Shown in pieces: positions 35,900 to 46,226 of a DNA stretch of 64,000 nucleotides. Under the pieces are notes generated by a model. That model saw nothing but the letters and a program-made list of their open reading frames with translations, was not told the DNA's origin and ran no database searches. Location: NCBI GenBank assembly GCA_045633705.1, contig JAZQYV010000012.1, positions 18,057-82,056 of the forward strand. Direction: 5' to 3'. This stretch comes from Candidatus Onthoplasma sp. GTDB lineage: Bacteria; Bacillota; Clostridia; Christensenellales; UBA1242. Both the position numbers and the translations under genes were made by a program. The first letter of the stretch is position 1, and each line of letters begins with the position of its first letter.

Positions 35900-37030
35900 T
35901 TATCTTAGCCACGTAGAATTATTATCCATACGCTCGTCTTGCATATATTCATTTAAGTCTAATCTTACATTAGAAATAGCCATCATTACGTCCAAAGCCA
36001 TTCTAACCTCGCCACTACTATTCTTTTCTTTTATGGCTTTTGTCAGCCTATTTAACTTATATTGAAGTCTTTCAATGCTCTTGTTTTTTCTTCCTAAAAA
36101 AGGCATTCCAAAACTATTTTCCGCAAACACATCTCCTGGTTTTGCTTTTTCTAATTCTTCCAAATATCTATCTAACACATCTACGCTAATTGCATAACCA
36201 ACGCCATTGTTGTGTTTTAAATTTTTATTATTTAGCTTGTAAATATTTCCAAACGAAGAATTGAAATGAAAGTGCGGTAATGTTGTGTATTTTTTATATA
36301 AATTATTTTCATACATTCGTGGTAACACATCGTTTTTGTGTGGCGTTACACAATGGTCGTATCGTGTTAATAGTATTGCCGAACTAGGACAACCTTTTTC
36401 CAATCCTCTTTGCAAATAATACTGATGAATTGAAAAATCTGTTGTTTTTTCAGCCAGGTTACATATGTCATAAAGTGAAGCTCTGTTGCCTTCTTGCATC
36501 AGTCTGTCAAACTCGGCAATCGTGGTTTTCATAATGCCAGCAGCGATAATGGTTTTCTTGGTTGGAAGTTTAAACTGTATTGTAGTCAAAAAATATCCCA
36601 CATTATTAGTATTATAAATTTTACCTCTTGAAAGGAAAGAAAAGTTATACATTCTCAGTTGTGTTGTGCTTGTTTCCTTTTCCACTACACTTCGTTGAAA
36701 CATTCCAAGATTTACTAATTGCTTAGGTGTTTGCATTAATGCATCCCACATTTCCGCAGTAATAAGAATATTCTTTTCCTGAAATTTATCAGTATCTACA
36801 ACCGAGTTAATAAAATCATCCTTAACATCTCTCGACAGTCTTACTTTCATTTTAGGAAATTCAGTATAAATCTCTGCCCCTAAATCCGCCCAATTTTGCT
36901 CAATAAAGGCATTATAGGCCTCATTAATTTCTTGTTGGTTTGTTAGCTCAGAGCCGTGTATTAACCCGTCTCCCAACCCTTTGGGCAAGTCTTCTATATT
37001 TTTTATAATACCATAATCTAATTCAGCCAT
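35900..37030 (-). CDS. hypothetical protein (orphan, 376 aa, soluble)
   Basis: Clean ORF with an upstream SD (GGGGGATTT). It has no TM segment and no motif I can recognise. Confidence 0.6.
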   Translation of the reverse strand: MAELDYGIIKNIEDLPKGLGDGLIHGSELTNQQEINEAYNAFIEQNWADLGAEIYTEFPKMKVRLSRDVKDDFINSVVDTDKFQEKNILITAEMWDALMQTPKQLVNLGMFQRSVVEKETSTTQLRMYNFSFLSRGKIYNTNNVGYFLTTIQFKLPTKKTIIAAGIMKTTIAEFDRLMQEGNRASLYDICNLAEKTTDFSIHQYYLQRGLEKGCPSSAILLTRYDHCVTPHKNDVLPRMYENNLYKKYTTLPHFHFNSSFGNIYKLNNKNLKHNNGVGYAISVDVLDRYLEELEKAKPGDVFAENSFGMPFLGRKNKSIERLQYKLNRLTKAIKEKNSSGEVRMALDVMMAISNVRLDLNEYMQDERMDNNSTWLR

Positions 37031-37038
37031 AAATCCCC

Positions 37039-37482
37039 CTAATACTCTTGCACTAAATTAATAGGGCCATCTAGCACGGTGTAGATTTCCATATGCTCGG
37101 CAAATCGTCCCATTTTAACTGTTAGCCCATATTCGTTAATAAGTTCAGTTTGAAGCGCTTGGTATAGCTCTATAGCCTTGTCCTTGGGTGCACTTAGTGT
37201 AAAGTCAGGGCGCGCGCCGCCACCACCTTTGCGGTCACATAATGTAAAATTGGACACCAACAATACTTCGCCACCCACTTGTGCAATATTATTGTTTAAC
37301 TTATCGTTTTCATCTTTGAAAAGTCGCACCGTTGCAATACGCCTAGCCACACGTTTAACATTTTCCATTGTGTCATCACGCGTAACGCCAACAAAAACAT
37401 TATAGCCATGTCCAATTTCGCTTACAACTTCATTATCTACTTCCAGTCTTGCCTTATGTACTCTTTGAATTACTATTTTCAT
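37039..37482 (-). CDS. dtd: D-aminoacyl-tRNA deacylase
   Basis: MKIVIQRV start, SNFTL motif, GARPDF, 147 aa. Confidence 0.93.
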   Translation of the reverse strand: MKIVIQRVHKARLEVDNEVVSEIGHGYNVFVGVTRDDTMENVKRVARRIATVRLFKDENDKLNNNIAQVGGEVLLVSNFTLCDRKGGGGARPDFTLSAPKDKAIELYQALQTELINEYGLTVKMGRFAEHMEIYTVLDGPINLVQEY

Positions 37483-37491
37483 ACACTTTCC

Positions 37492-37740
37492 TTATTTATT
37501 TAAACTTTCAATTTCTTGCAATTCAAATCTATCTTCTTGCTTAACATTTGGATACTTAACCGCATCAACACGGCTAGCAAACATATCATAAGGTCGCACA
37601 TATCTTGTACCATCGCCATATAGCGCACGATAAAGCACCATCTTTCCCTTGGTTTCTGAGTCTATTACAATATCTTCAACCAAATAATAATCACCCTTAA
37701 AATGTTTACAAACTCTCCCAACCTTAATTTCTTTTGTCAT
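37492..37740 (-). CDS. DUF1653 domain protein
   Basis: CKHFKGDYYLV...VLYRALYGD pattern. Confidence 0.7.
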   Translation of the reverse strand: MTKEIKVGRVCKHFKGDYYLVEDIVIDSETKGKMVLYRALYGDGTRYVRPYDMFASRVDAVKYPNVKQEDRFELQEIESLNK

Positions 37741-37766
37741 AACCCTCTCCTTAAATATTTAATAGA

Positions 37767-38369
37767 TTACTTACTTAATTCTTGGCTTTGCCCTTTTACA
37801 AACATATCTTCACTATCATACACTCGTTTTACCATATCATAATCATTCTCAATAGTAATATCCATCATTTGCCTATTGTCAGTTTTCCACTTCATTAACA
37901 ATTGGCGCAATGTTATTGTATTTCCATATCGTCTTTGAAAATAATTATCCTTATATGAGCGGTGTACGCTCTTTGTTTCAATCGCAAATATGCTAAAGCC
38001 ATTAAACTCACAATGATATAACCCAGACCTATATCCCGAAGGTGGATTTATTTCGTGTATATCTCCAGAGTTGGCTCCAGTTAATTGTCTGAATTTGGAA
38101 GGCATATTTATTCTATTACCTCTTTCTACATTAAATGCTATGCCATCTATATCTTTACCACCCATTTGAAAGTAGTGTATTTCTCCGTCTTTATTTTCCA
38201 ATCTAACAATCTTTTCACAAGGAATCTTCATATCTAGCATTTCATCAAATGACTTTTGAGCAATACGTTCCTGAGCTATCTCTCTTAAAGTCACTCTTTC
38301 TTCTTTCTTTAATTCTTTTTCTTTTTGTCTTGCTTGCCTCATATCGCTTATCTTCTTGATTAAGCCCAT
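37767..38369 (-). CDS. hypothetical protein (200 aa)
   Basis: Charged helical N-terminus followed by a globular domain. No recognised motif. Confidence 0.55.
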   Translation of the reverse strand: MGLIKKISDMRQARQKEKELKKEERVTLREIAQERIAQKSFDEMLDMKIPCEKIVRLENKDGEIHYFQMGGKDIDGIAFNVERGNRINMPSKFRQLTGANSGDIHEINPPSGYRSGLYHCEFNGFSIFAIETKSVHRSYKDNYFQRRYGNTITLRQLLMKWKTDNRQMMDITIENDYDMVKRVYDSEDMFVKGQSQELSK

Positions 38370-38476
38370 AATTTTTTCCTTTTAAAACTAAATATTCCCC
38401 TTAAGTGTTTAATCTCAATTAAATGCCTTAATATTTGTTTCTTTGTTACTTCCTTACCATGAAAGAAAGTAAATAA

Positions 38477-38896
38477 TTATCCTCTAGCAATTTTATTTAC
38501 AAGTTGCATATCAACCTTGCCAGCAAAGTTTGCTTTAAAATGTTTCATAATGCTTGGCATTGACTTATCTTCCATACCGGCAATAATGTTACGGATTTCA
38601 TCTTCACTCATCATTTGTGGAAGATATTTTTCAAGGATTAGTTTTTGCGCATTAATTTCTTCCACTTGTGCAGTGTTGCCAACCTTTGCATAGTTTTCAG
38701 CCTCTTCAGTTAATTCCTTAATGGTCTTTTGAAGTATTGCCACCATATCAGCGTCAGTCATTTCTCCGCCAGTTTTACGCTTTTCGATGTTTTGTAACAT
38801 AAACTTGTTTACCACAACACCATAAATTGTGCGTGCAACAGCATTTTTATCTTTCATTGCTTGCACGTTATCTTTCTTAATTTCATCAATAATCAT
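38477..38896 (-). CDS. GatB/YqeY domain protein
   Basis: Typical YqeY N-terminus (IKKDNVQAMKDKN) and length. Confidence 0.85.
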   Translation of the reverse strand: MIIDEIKKDNVQAMKDKNAVARTIYGVVVNKFMLQNIEKRKTGGEMTDADMVAILQKTIKELTEEAENYAKVGNTAQVEEINAQKLILEKYLPQMMSEDEIRNIIAGMEDKSMPSIMKHFKANFAGKVDMQLVNKIARG

Positions 38897-38908
38897 AATT
38901 ATTCTCCT

Positions 38909-39400
38909 TTATATTTTCTTTCTATAATACAAAACCAGTGCATTATCTTCCTCTTTATATATTTGATGTTTTACAAATTCATTATAACCCCAGTGTAAAT
39001 ATATTCCTAAATTTCTGCTTTCTTTAGCCTCTGCACCAATTGTTAAATATTTAATACCCTTTTCTTTTGCATACGCTTCGGCCATTTTTACAAGTTTGGA
39101 AATATGACCTTGATTTTCGTATTCTTTTTGTATCCTAAAAGCATTCATATTTGCCGTATCTTTATCATTACAAAGCAATAAATCATCTTTTATGCTTTCA
39201 CATTTAGATGAAAATAATATTGTAATTTCTCCTACCGGATTGTCATTATCTAAAACAACAAAAGTCACACATTTGTTGTTTAAATTATCATTAATATATC
39301 TCTCTTTCCATTTTACCCATCTATTATCTTCTGGATTTTCTTTAATGTTTTTATCCCAAATTTTTTCCAAATCCGATAAAGTTGCTTTCCTATACTCCAT
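38909..39400 (-). CDS. GNAT family N-acetyltransferase
   Basis: Acetyl-CoA binding segment RIQKEYENQGHISKLV. Confidence 0.75.
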   Translation of the reverse strand: MEYRKATLSDLEKIWDKNIKENPEDNRWVKWKERYINDNLNNKCVTFVVLDNDNPVGEITILFSSKCESIKDDLLLCNDKDTANMNAFRIQKEYENQGHISKLVKMAEAYAKEKGIKYLTIGAEAKESRNLGIYLHWGYNEFVKHQIYKEEDNALVLYYRKKI

Positions 39401-39418
39401 ACATCACCTCTTTAGTTG

Positions 39419-40870
39419 TTAGAATGCGCTGTCAATATCGTCGCTTGCTACTGGGATTAGTTCCTCAGTGCTATTGTTTACATAATTAACAGGAGCTTCG
39501 CTTAAACGATTTGCTTTAGGTTCTTCAAATCTTGTATATTCCTTATGCCACTTTAACGAAATTGTACCGAGCGAGCCGTTACGATGCTTAGCAATAATAA
39601 GTTTACAAGCCTCGCCATCGCCAGCGTCTTGTTCTATTGGCTCATCGCTATCGGTAAGTTCTTGATTTGCTTCGTTAACACGGTCGATAAACATAACAAT
39701 GTCGGCGTCTTGCTCGATTGCACCCGATTCACGCAAGTCGCTAAGTTGAGGCTTGTGGTCGTTACGCTTTTCAATATCACGTGATAACTGAGATAGTACG
39801 ATAATAGGACACTCCAACTCACGCGCTGCAATCTTTAGGCTACGGGTTAAATCTGCTACTTCTTGTTGACGGTTAACTTCGCCTTTACCTGTACGGTCGG
39901 CTTTCATAAGTTGAAGGTAGTCAATCATAATAAGATCAAGGCCTTTTTCAGCCTTAAGCCTACGACATTTAGATATAATTTGTGTAGGAGTAGTAAGTGA
40001 TGAGTCGTCTACATACAAACCAGCATTTGACAATTCTTCTTTGGTTTGCATAACAGTTTCCCACACCTTACTATCGGTTGTTCCACTAGTTGCATTATCC
40101 ATAGTGATATTACCCACGCTACACATTGCTCTTTGCGCAATTTGGCTAATAGGCATTTCTAGCGAGAATACCGCCACCACCGCGCCACCATAAAGTGCTG
40201 CATTACTACAAATATTAAGCGCAAGTGAAGTTTTACCAATACCTGGACGAGCTGCAAGCAATATCAAGTCGCCCTTATGGAAACCTTTGGTAATAACATC
40301 AAGGGTTGGGAATCCCGTTTTGATGCCGCGGAATGCGTTTTTGTCTATTGACAATTTTTCCATACGGTCAATTACTTGATTTACACCTTCACTAATTTGC
40401 ACAAGTTCACTAATATCTTTTTCCTTTGACAAGTCAAAGATTTGTTTTTCAAGATACTGTAATGCAGTTTTTGAATTAGTGTTGTCAAAACAATAATTGA
40501 TACCATCTTGGCAAAGTTCAATTAAACGGCGCATTGTTGCATCATTTTGCACAATTTCCATATAGTTTTTAAAGTTTGAGGCACTTGGCACAGCATTGGT
40601 TAGGTCCGCAATATATTCAATTCCGCCAACGTCTTCCAATTCGCCACGAGCATCTAAAGTTTTAGCAACGGTTACATAATCAACACCTTTGTTTCCAATA
40701 AAATTCTCATACATCGCCTTAAAAATCTTTTGGTGGCCCGTCGAATAAAAGTCGCTAGCTTGCATTTTTGCAAAACATTCTCCTTGCGCCTTTTGGTTTA
40801 AAAACAAACAACCTAATAAACTTTGCTCAACCTCCAAATTATGTGGTAAAATTCTTGGTGCTTTTTCCAT
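39419..40870 (-). CDS. dnaB: replicative DNA helicase
   Basis: Start set at the ATG after AAGGAGGG. Walker A ARPGIGKTS, Walker B IMIDYLQLM and a RecA-like fold. Has a C-terminal extension of about 35 aa. Confidence 0.95.
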   Translation of the reverse strand: MEKAPRILPHNLEVEQSLLGCLFLNQKAQGECFAKMQASDFYSTGHQKIFKAMYENFIGNKGVDYVTVAKTLDARGELEDVGGIEYIADLTNAVPSASNFKNYMEIVQNDATMRRLIELCQDGINYCFDNTNSKTALQYLEKQIFDLSKEKDISELVQISEGVNQVIDRMEKLSIDKNAFRGIKTGFPTLDVITKGFHKGDLILLAARPGIGKTSLALNICSNAALYGGAVVAVFSLEMPISQIAQRAMCSVGNITMDNATSGTTDSKVWETVMQTKEELSNAGLYVDDSSLTTPTQIISKCRRLKAEKGLDLIMIDYLQLMKADRTGKGEVNRQQEVADLTRSLKIAARELECPIIVLSQLSRDIEKRNDHKPQLSDLRESGAIEQDADIVMFIDRVNEANQELTDSDEPIEQDAGDGEACKLIIAKHRNGSLGTISLKWHKEYTRFEEPKANRLSEAPVNYVNNSTEELIPVASDDIDSAF

Positions 40871-40916
40871 AAGTTCCCTCCTTGATATAATGCGAAAAGT
40901 CCGCATTTATTTTTGA

Positions 40917-41171
40917 TTATTTAAACACATCTTCGTCTTTGTGTAATATTTTCTTTTTCAATTCTTTTTTAGTTGCAACTTTTAAATGGATATATTCCTC
41001 AATTGCAATAACCACAGCCATGAATAGAGTAAATATTGTTATTGTTCCAGCTCTATTTAAGTCCCTTAACAAGTACCCAACAATTATCAAGGCTGGCAAG
41101 CAGCATAGTATTGTAATACCTATGCGCTTAACATAGCCTTTTATAATAACGCTTTGTTCATACTTATTCAT
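40917..41171 (-). CDS. small membrane protein
   Basis: 84 aa with two TM helices. Its ATG overlaps the typA stop (TAATG), implying translational coupling. Confidence 0.5.
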   Translation of the reverse strand: MNKYEQSVIIKGYVKRIGITILCCLPALIIVGYLLRDLNRAGTITIFTLFMAVVIAIEEYIHLKVATKKELKKKILHKDEDVFK

Positions 41172-42991
41172 TAATCCACCACCACAGGCTTATGGCTTTT
41201 TGCACGTAGTTGGTGGTCAAGTATTGCTTTACGTATGCGAATACTCTTAGGTGTAACTTCAACATATTCATCATCAGCAATAAATTCGATTGCCATTTCC
41301 AAGCTCATATCTTGAATAGGTATCAAACGAAGCGCTTCGTCGCTTGCAGATGTACGCATATTGGTCAGTTGTTTTTTCTTACATACGTTTACAACAATAT
41401 CATCACCTTTAGGGTTTGCTCCTACTACCATACCCATATATACTGGGTCACCAGCACGCACAAGTAGTCTTCCACGACCTTGAGCATTAAACAACCCATA
41501 AGTGATTGCATCACCAGTTTCATAGGCAATAAGCGAGCCAAAGTTACGACTAGAAATGTCGCCCTTGTATGGTTGATATTCGTGGAATACAGAACTCATA
41601 ATACCTTCACCTCTTGTGTCAGTAAGCATTTGAGATTTATACCCAAACAAGCCGCGAGAAGGAATTAAAAACTCTAATCTCATACGGCTGCCAATTGGGT
41701 GCATGCTAACTAGTTCGCCCTTACGATTACCCATAGCGGTCATAATGTTGCCAACACTATCTTCTGGCACATCAAGGATAACCTTATCAATAGGTTCACA
41801 TCTAACGCCATCAATTTCTCTATACAATACACGTGGGCGGCTTACTTGGAACTCATAACCGTCACGGCGCATATTTTCAATCAAAATACTTAGATGCATC
41901 TCTCCACGGCCGCTAACCTTAAAGCTTTCAGCAGTATCGCCATCACGCACCTTAAGTGATAAATCTTTCATTGCCTCTTTATACAATCTGTCACGAATAT
42001 GACGACTGGTTACAAACTTGCCTTCCTTGCCAGCAAATGGGCTATCGTTTACCATAAATGTCATTTCAACGCTTGGCTCACTAATTTTTACAAAAGGTAT
42101 AGCTTCCATATCAGCGCTTTCGCTAATCGTGTCGCCAATGGTAATATCCGGAATACCTGCAATAAGCACAACGTCGCCAGCTCCACCCTCAGTGATTGTA
42201 TTACGCTTTAATCCTTCAAAGTTAAATATATTTACAACCTTGCCGGTATAAGATTTACTCTCATCAAAATAATTTTTTACATAAACCGTTTGATTTGCCT
42301 TAACTTTACCATTTTCAATTTTACCAACAGCAAGCTTACCAAGATAATCACTGTGTTCAACAGATGAAACTAACATTTGGAATGGTTTTTCATCTTCGCC
42401 CTTAGGTGGGTCAATATGTTCAAGTATTGCTTCAAACAAAGGATTCATATTTTCAGCTGGTTCATTTGGATTTTTTGTACATATGCCATTACGAGCAGAA
42501 CAATATAGCACAGGACTGTCAAGTTGCTCGTCATTTGCGTTTAGGTCAAACAACAATTCCAACACTTCGTCTGGAACTTCATTAAGTCTTGCATCTGGGC
42601 GGTCAATCTTGTTGATAACAATAATAACCTTAAGATTTAACTCTAGCGCTTTTTCAAGCACAAAACGAGTTTGAGGCATTGGACCTTCATACGCATCAAC
42701 TACCAATAAAACACCGTCTACCATTTTTAGTACACGTTCCACTTCTCCACCAAAATCTGCGTGGCCAGGGGTGTCAACAATGTTAATTTTTGTATCCTTA
42801 TACATTGCTGAACAGTTTTTAGACAAAATTGTAATGCCACGTTCACGTTCCAAGGCATTACTATCCATAACGCGGTCTTGAACCTCTTGATTCTCTCTAA
42901 ATACACCACCTTGAACTAGCAAAGCATTAACTAATGATGTTTTACCATGGTCAACGTGGGCAATAATTGCAATATTTCTAATGTTTTTCAT
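41171..42991 (-). CDS. typA: translational GTPase TypA/BipA
   Basis: Start set at the ATG after AAAGAGGAAAAAG. G1 AHVDHGKT, G3 DTPGHADF and G4 NKID. Confidence 0.95.
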   Translation of the reverse strand: MKNIRNIAIIAHVDHGKTSLVNALLVQGGVFRENQEVQDRVMDSNALERERGITILSKNCSAMYKDTKINIVDTPGHADFGGEVERVLKMVDGVLLVVDAYEGPMPQTRFVLEKALELNLKVIIVINKIDRPDARLNEVPDEVLELLFDLNANDEQLDSPVLYCSARNGICTKNPNEPAENMNPLFEAILEHIDPPKGEDEKPFQMLVSSVEHSDYLGKLAVGKIENGKVKANQTVYVKNYFDESKSYTGKVVNIFNFEGLKRNTITEGGAGDVVLIAGIPDITIGDTISESADMEAIPFVKISEPSVEMTFMVNDSPFAGKEGKFVTSRHIRDRLYKEAMKDLSLKVRDGDTAESFKVSGRGEMHLSILIENMRRDGYEFQVSRPRVLYREIDGVRCEPIDKVILDVPEDSVGNIMTAMGNRKGELVSMHPIGSRMRLEFLIPSRGLFGYKSQMLTDTRGEGIMSSVFHEYQPYKGDISSRNFGSLIAYETGDAITYGLFNAQGRGRLLVRAGDPVYMGMVVGANPKGDDIVVNVCKKKQLTNMRTSASDEALRLIPIQDMSLEMAIEFIADDEYVEVTPKSIRIRKAILDHQLRAKSHKPVVVD

Positions 42992-43297
42992 AACTTTTTC
43001 CTCTTTTAAACTACATCTGATTACATTTTGATTATATCCCAATCAAAATGTTTTATTATTAATAAATATATAGCTTATATATTTTAGCACATTATTACTA
43101 AAATTTAAAGAGTTTTTGCAAAATTTGTGTTAAAAACTTTGTTTTAGGGTATATTGAATAGTATAAAGTGCTAAATATAGCTTAAAAATAGGCGCAAATT
43201 TGATTTTTTTGCAAAATTTAGTTGACTTTTATAAAAAAAGTTTGTTAGACTTTTAATAGTTATAGCAAAGGCTATTACAAGAAAAGGAGATTTATTT

Positions 43298-43579
43298 ATG
43301 AAAACTATGAACGCAGGCGATTTTTACAGAGCAGTTGCTGAAGAAACTGGTGTTTCTATTGCTCAAACAAAGGCAATCTTTGGCGCTGGCCTTGAAGTGT
43401 TGAAAGACGCTCTACAAAGAGGCGACAAAGTTCAATTTATTGGCTTTGGTACATTTGATGTAAAAAAGAAAGCTGGTGGAACAAAGGTTAATCCTTTCAC
43501 AAAGCAAAAGATGACAATCAAAGCTTGTAAAGTTCCTACTTTCAAGATGAGTGCAACTTTAAAGAACTTATTAAAGTAA
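43298..43579 (+). CDS. hup: HU family DNA-binding protein
   Basis: GFGTF and the beta-arm NPFTKQ, 93 aa, strong SD AAAGGAG. Confidence 0.9.
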   Translation: MKTMNAGDFYRAVAEETGVSIAQTKAIFGAGLEVLKDALQRGDKVQFIGFGTFDVKKKAGGTKVNPFTKQKMTIKACKVPTFKMSATLKNLLK

Positions 43580-43605
43580 TTTTAAGTTAAATCAAATCTC
43601 ACACA

Positions 43606-43634
43606 AAAAGAGCAACTATCGTTGCCCTTTTTTC
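43606..43634 (+). terminator. hup terminator
   Basis: AGAGCAAC-TATC-GTTGCCCT followed by a T-run. Confidence 0.7.
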
Positions 43635-43751
43635 TTGCCACCACATCGATATGGTTTGTTGTTTTACCCTAAAGCATTAAACTAATAACTTGCGTCATTT
43701 ATTTGCAAAACACACAACTTTGTACTATAATACTTTAATAAGGAGTATTTT

Positions 43752-44669
43752 ATGGAAAACAAATTACAAAATTTAACAATTTTATTAAGCAGCTGCGATA
43801 AGTATGAAGATTTATGGGAACCATTCTTTAAGTTATTTAAGAAGTATGGTGGCGAACTTGCTAGTTGCCCAATTGTGTTAAACACCGAATCTAAACAATA
43901 TTCTTATGAAGGGCTTAATATCACTTGCCCTAACAATTATACCGAAAATATTGAATGGGGACGCAGACTTAGACAAACCCTTGAAACAATAAATACTGAT
44001 TATGTACTTTTTGTGTTAGACGATTTCTTTTTACAAAAGCCTGCTGATTGCGATACTATTTCACAATGTATAAAATGGCTTGACGAAAACAAAAACGTTG
44101 GAGCTTTTAATTTAACTCCTATTGAACCTGCAAATAAAGAACATGAAATATTTAAAAACTTCTGTTATATGCCAGTAAAAATGAACTATCGCTTTAACGC
44201 CCAAGTTTGCATTTGGAGAAAAAATGTTTTATATGATAGTATTTTAGATATAGAAAGTCCTTGGGATTGGGAAGTGTATGGAAATCAAAGAAATCAATAC
44301 ATATTTAAACACTGTGAGCTTTATGCACTTAAATATAACGCACCTGCACCATATGATTATAACTTTGTTATATACGAACAAAGCACTCCTAAAAACATCG
44401 TGGTACATTCAGCTATTATGAGAGGTAAATGGGATTTATCTTGTATTGAAACCTGCTTTAAAGAAAACGATATTAATATTGACTACTCAATAAGAGGATT
44501 ATACAAACCTGAAACTAATAAACCAAATAATAAAATTAAAGAGTTTATACTCAAATTAACTAAACCAATAAGAAAAATCTTTTTCAAAAGTGAAAAATAT
44601 AAAACTTTGGTTTACCTTCCTATAAAAGAATATAAGGCTAAAATTAAATTAAATAAAAAAGGCTTATAA
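43752..44669 (+). CDS. putative glycosyltransferase-like protein (GT-A-like, unclassified)
   Basis: N-terminal LTILLSSCDKYEDLW and a VLDDFFL (DD) motif. It sits beside the polysaccharide cluster. The family assignment is uncertain. Confidence 0.4.
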   Translation: MENKLQNLTILLSSCDKYEDLWEPFFKLFKKYGGELASCPIVLNTESKQYSYEGLNITCPNNYTENIEWGRRLRQTLETINTDYVLFVLDDFFLQKPADCDTISQCIKWLDENKNVGAFNLTPIEPANKEHEIFKNFCYMPVKMNYRFNAQVCIWRKNVLYDSILDIESPWDWEVYGNQRNQYIFKHCELYALKYNAPAPYDYNFVIYEQSTPKNIVVHSAIMRGKWDLSCIETCFKENDINIDYSIRGLYKPETNKPNNKIKEFILKLTKPIRKIFFKSEKYKTLVYLPIKEYKAKIKLNKKGL

Positions 44670-44682
44670 CAAGCCTTTTTTA
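44655..44682. terminator. bidirectional terminator
   Basis: AAAAAAGGCTTATAACAAGCCTTTTTT between convergent genes. Confidence 0.75.
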
Positions 44683-44687
44683 TTTTA

Positions 44688-46226
44688 TTATTTAGCTTTT
44701 GATTTAAATATTATGCCTTTTAACCATGATGCAGTATCCTTAAATTCCCTTGTTGGTAAATACATAATTACTAATAGTGCCGTAGCCACAACGGCGCACA
44801 CAACAACTTTTAACAACAGCCATAATACGCCCGCGCCTGGAATAAACGAACATACAAAATAACAGGCCACTGCTGCAAGTATTGTAATTAAAATATCTCG
44901 TATATATCCTATGAAATAATTTTTTACACTCTTTTTAAAATAATATTTATGCAGCACCAAAGGTTCAACCCATATCGGTGCCACTATTGTGCTTACAATG
45001 GTTCCTATAATAATCCCATTTAGTCCCATAAAAATTCCTAGTACTATAGACACAATCAGATTTACAACAGCCTCCACCAATGCCTTCCACTGGTCTTGCT
45101 TGAATAACCCAGCACACTCCTTAAACATTCCCGTTGCTATACGCATTCTTCCCAAATAAAAGCTTATGCATAATAATATCACGCTAGAAAAGTTTAATAG
45201 ATATGTAACATCTCCCCTTGTCCAAACCCAAATAAATGGTTGAAATAGAACAATTAAACAAATCGTACAAAAAGCAGTTAAAAACGAAAACATAAAGTTA
45301 ATTTGCTTATACTTTTTATACACATATTCCTTGTCTTCGCTAGCAATTAAATTACCAATACTCCCCATTAAAGCGTTGCTTAACAAAACATAAACAGAAA
45401 TTAATGTTGTTATGATTAAATAATAGTTTGAATACGCGCCCAATAACACCAAGCCAAGAAGCGATGAAATCAATATATTATCAGTAGAAAATACAATTGC
45501 ACTACCAATTTTATGCATGCTGATTGCTTTTACATTTTTCCATATAGTCTTTTTTTCTTCAGCGTCAACTGGATTTGCCTTACCATTAATCTGCGGATAC
45601 AGCTTGTTAGCACACAAGTGTATTAAAATGCACTCAATAATTGTAAATATTATATTAACAGTAAAATAGATATAGTAATTTTTGGTTGTAACCAGTACAA
45701 TAATTTGCAAAAGTGTCATACCAAACAAACATATTGTTTTTACCTTGTTTTCAACATCATTTCTTTGATATGCGAACAACAATGACCTCTTGTGCGCCGA
45801 AAAATATCCTACCAATGTGCTAATTAAATACAGCGTGTACAAAAGATATATATTAATATCAACTGTAACTTTACCGTTGATAAAAAACTTTAAGAATGGG
45901 AGAACCGCAATACCCAACACTAAAACAACAACACTTATAATAATATAAAATCGTTTGTATAAATTTTGTAATGCTTTAACCTTTTCAGTATCGCCCTCTG
46001 CAATAGGCTTATACATACTAAATACTATTGCTGTACCAATACCCAGTTCTGCAAGATTTAAAAATGTGAATATATTTGAAAACAATCCATTAAGTCCCAA
46101 ATACTCCACTCCCATATAGTATATTAAAACAGTACGCAAAACAAACTGCAAAAATATTTGTGCAGCAAATTTTATAGTATTAAAAATTAAATTGTTTTTT
46201 ATATTATGAGTTCTGCTATTTTCCAT
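44688..46226 (-). CDS. oligosaccharide flippase (Wzx/MOP family)
   Basis: 512 aa with about 14 TM segments, next to glycosyltransferase genes. Confidence 0.75.
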   Translation of the reverse strand: MENSRTHNIKNNLIFNTIKFAAQIFLQFVLRTVLIYYMGVEYLGLNGLFSNIFTFLNLAELGIGTAIVFSMYKPIAEGDTEKVKALQNLYKRFYIIISVVVLVLGIAVLPFLKFFINGKVTVDINIYLLYTLYLISTLVGYFSAHKRSLLFAYQRNDVENKVKTICLFGMTLLQIIVLVTTKNYYIYFTVNIIFTIIECILIHLCANKLYPQINGKANPVDAEEKKTIWKNVKAISMHKIGSAIVFSTDNILISSLLGLVLLGAYSNYYLIITTLISVYVLLSNALMGSIGNLIASEDKEYVYKKYKQINFMFSFLTAFCTICLIVLFQPFIWVWTRGDVTYLLNFSSVILLCISFYLGRMRIATGMFKECAGLFKQDQWKALVEAVVNLIVSIVLGIFMGLNGIIIGTIVSTIVAPIWVEPLVLHKYYFKKSVKNYFIGYIRDILITILAAVACYFVCSFIPGAGVLWLLLKVVVCAVVATALLVIMYLPTREFKDTASWLKGIIFKSKAK

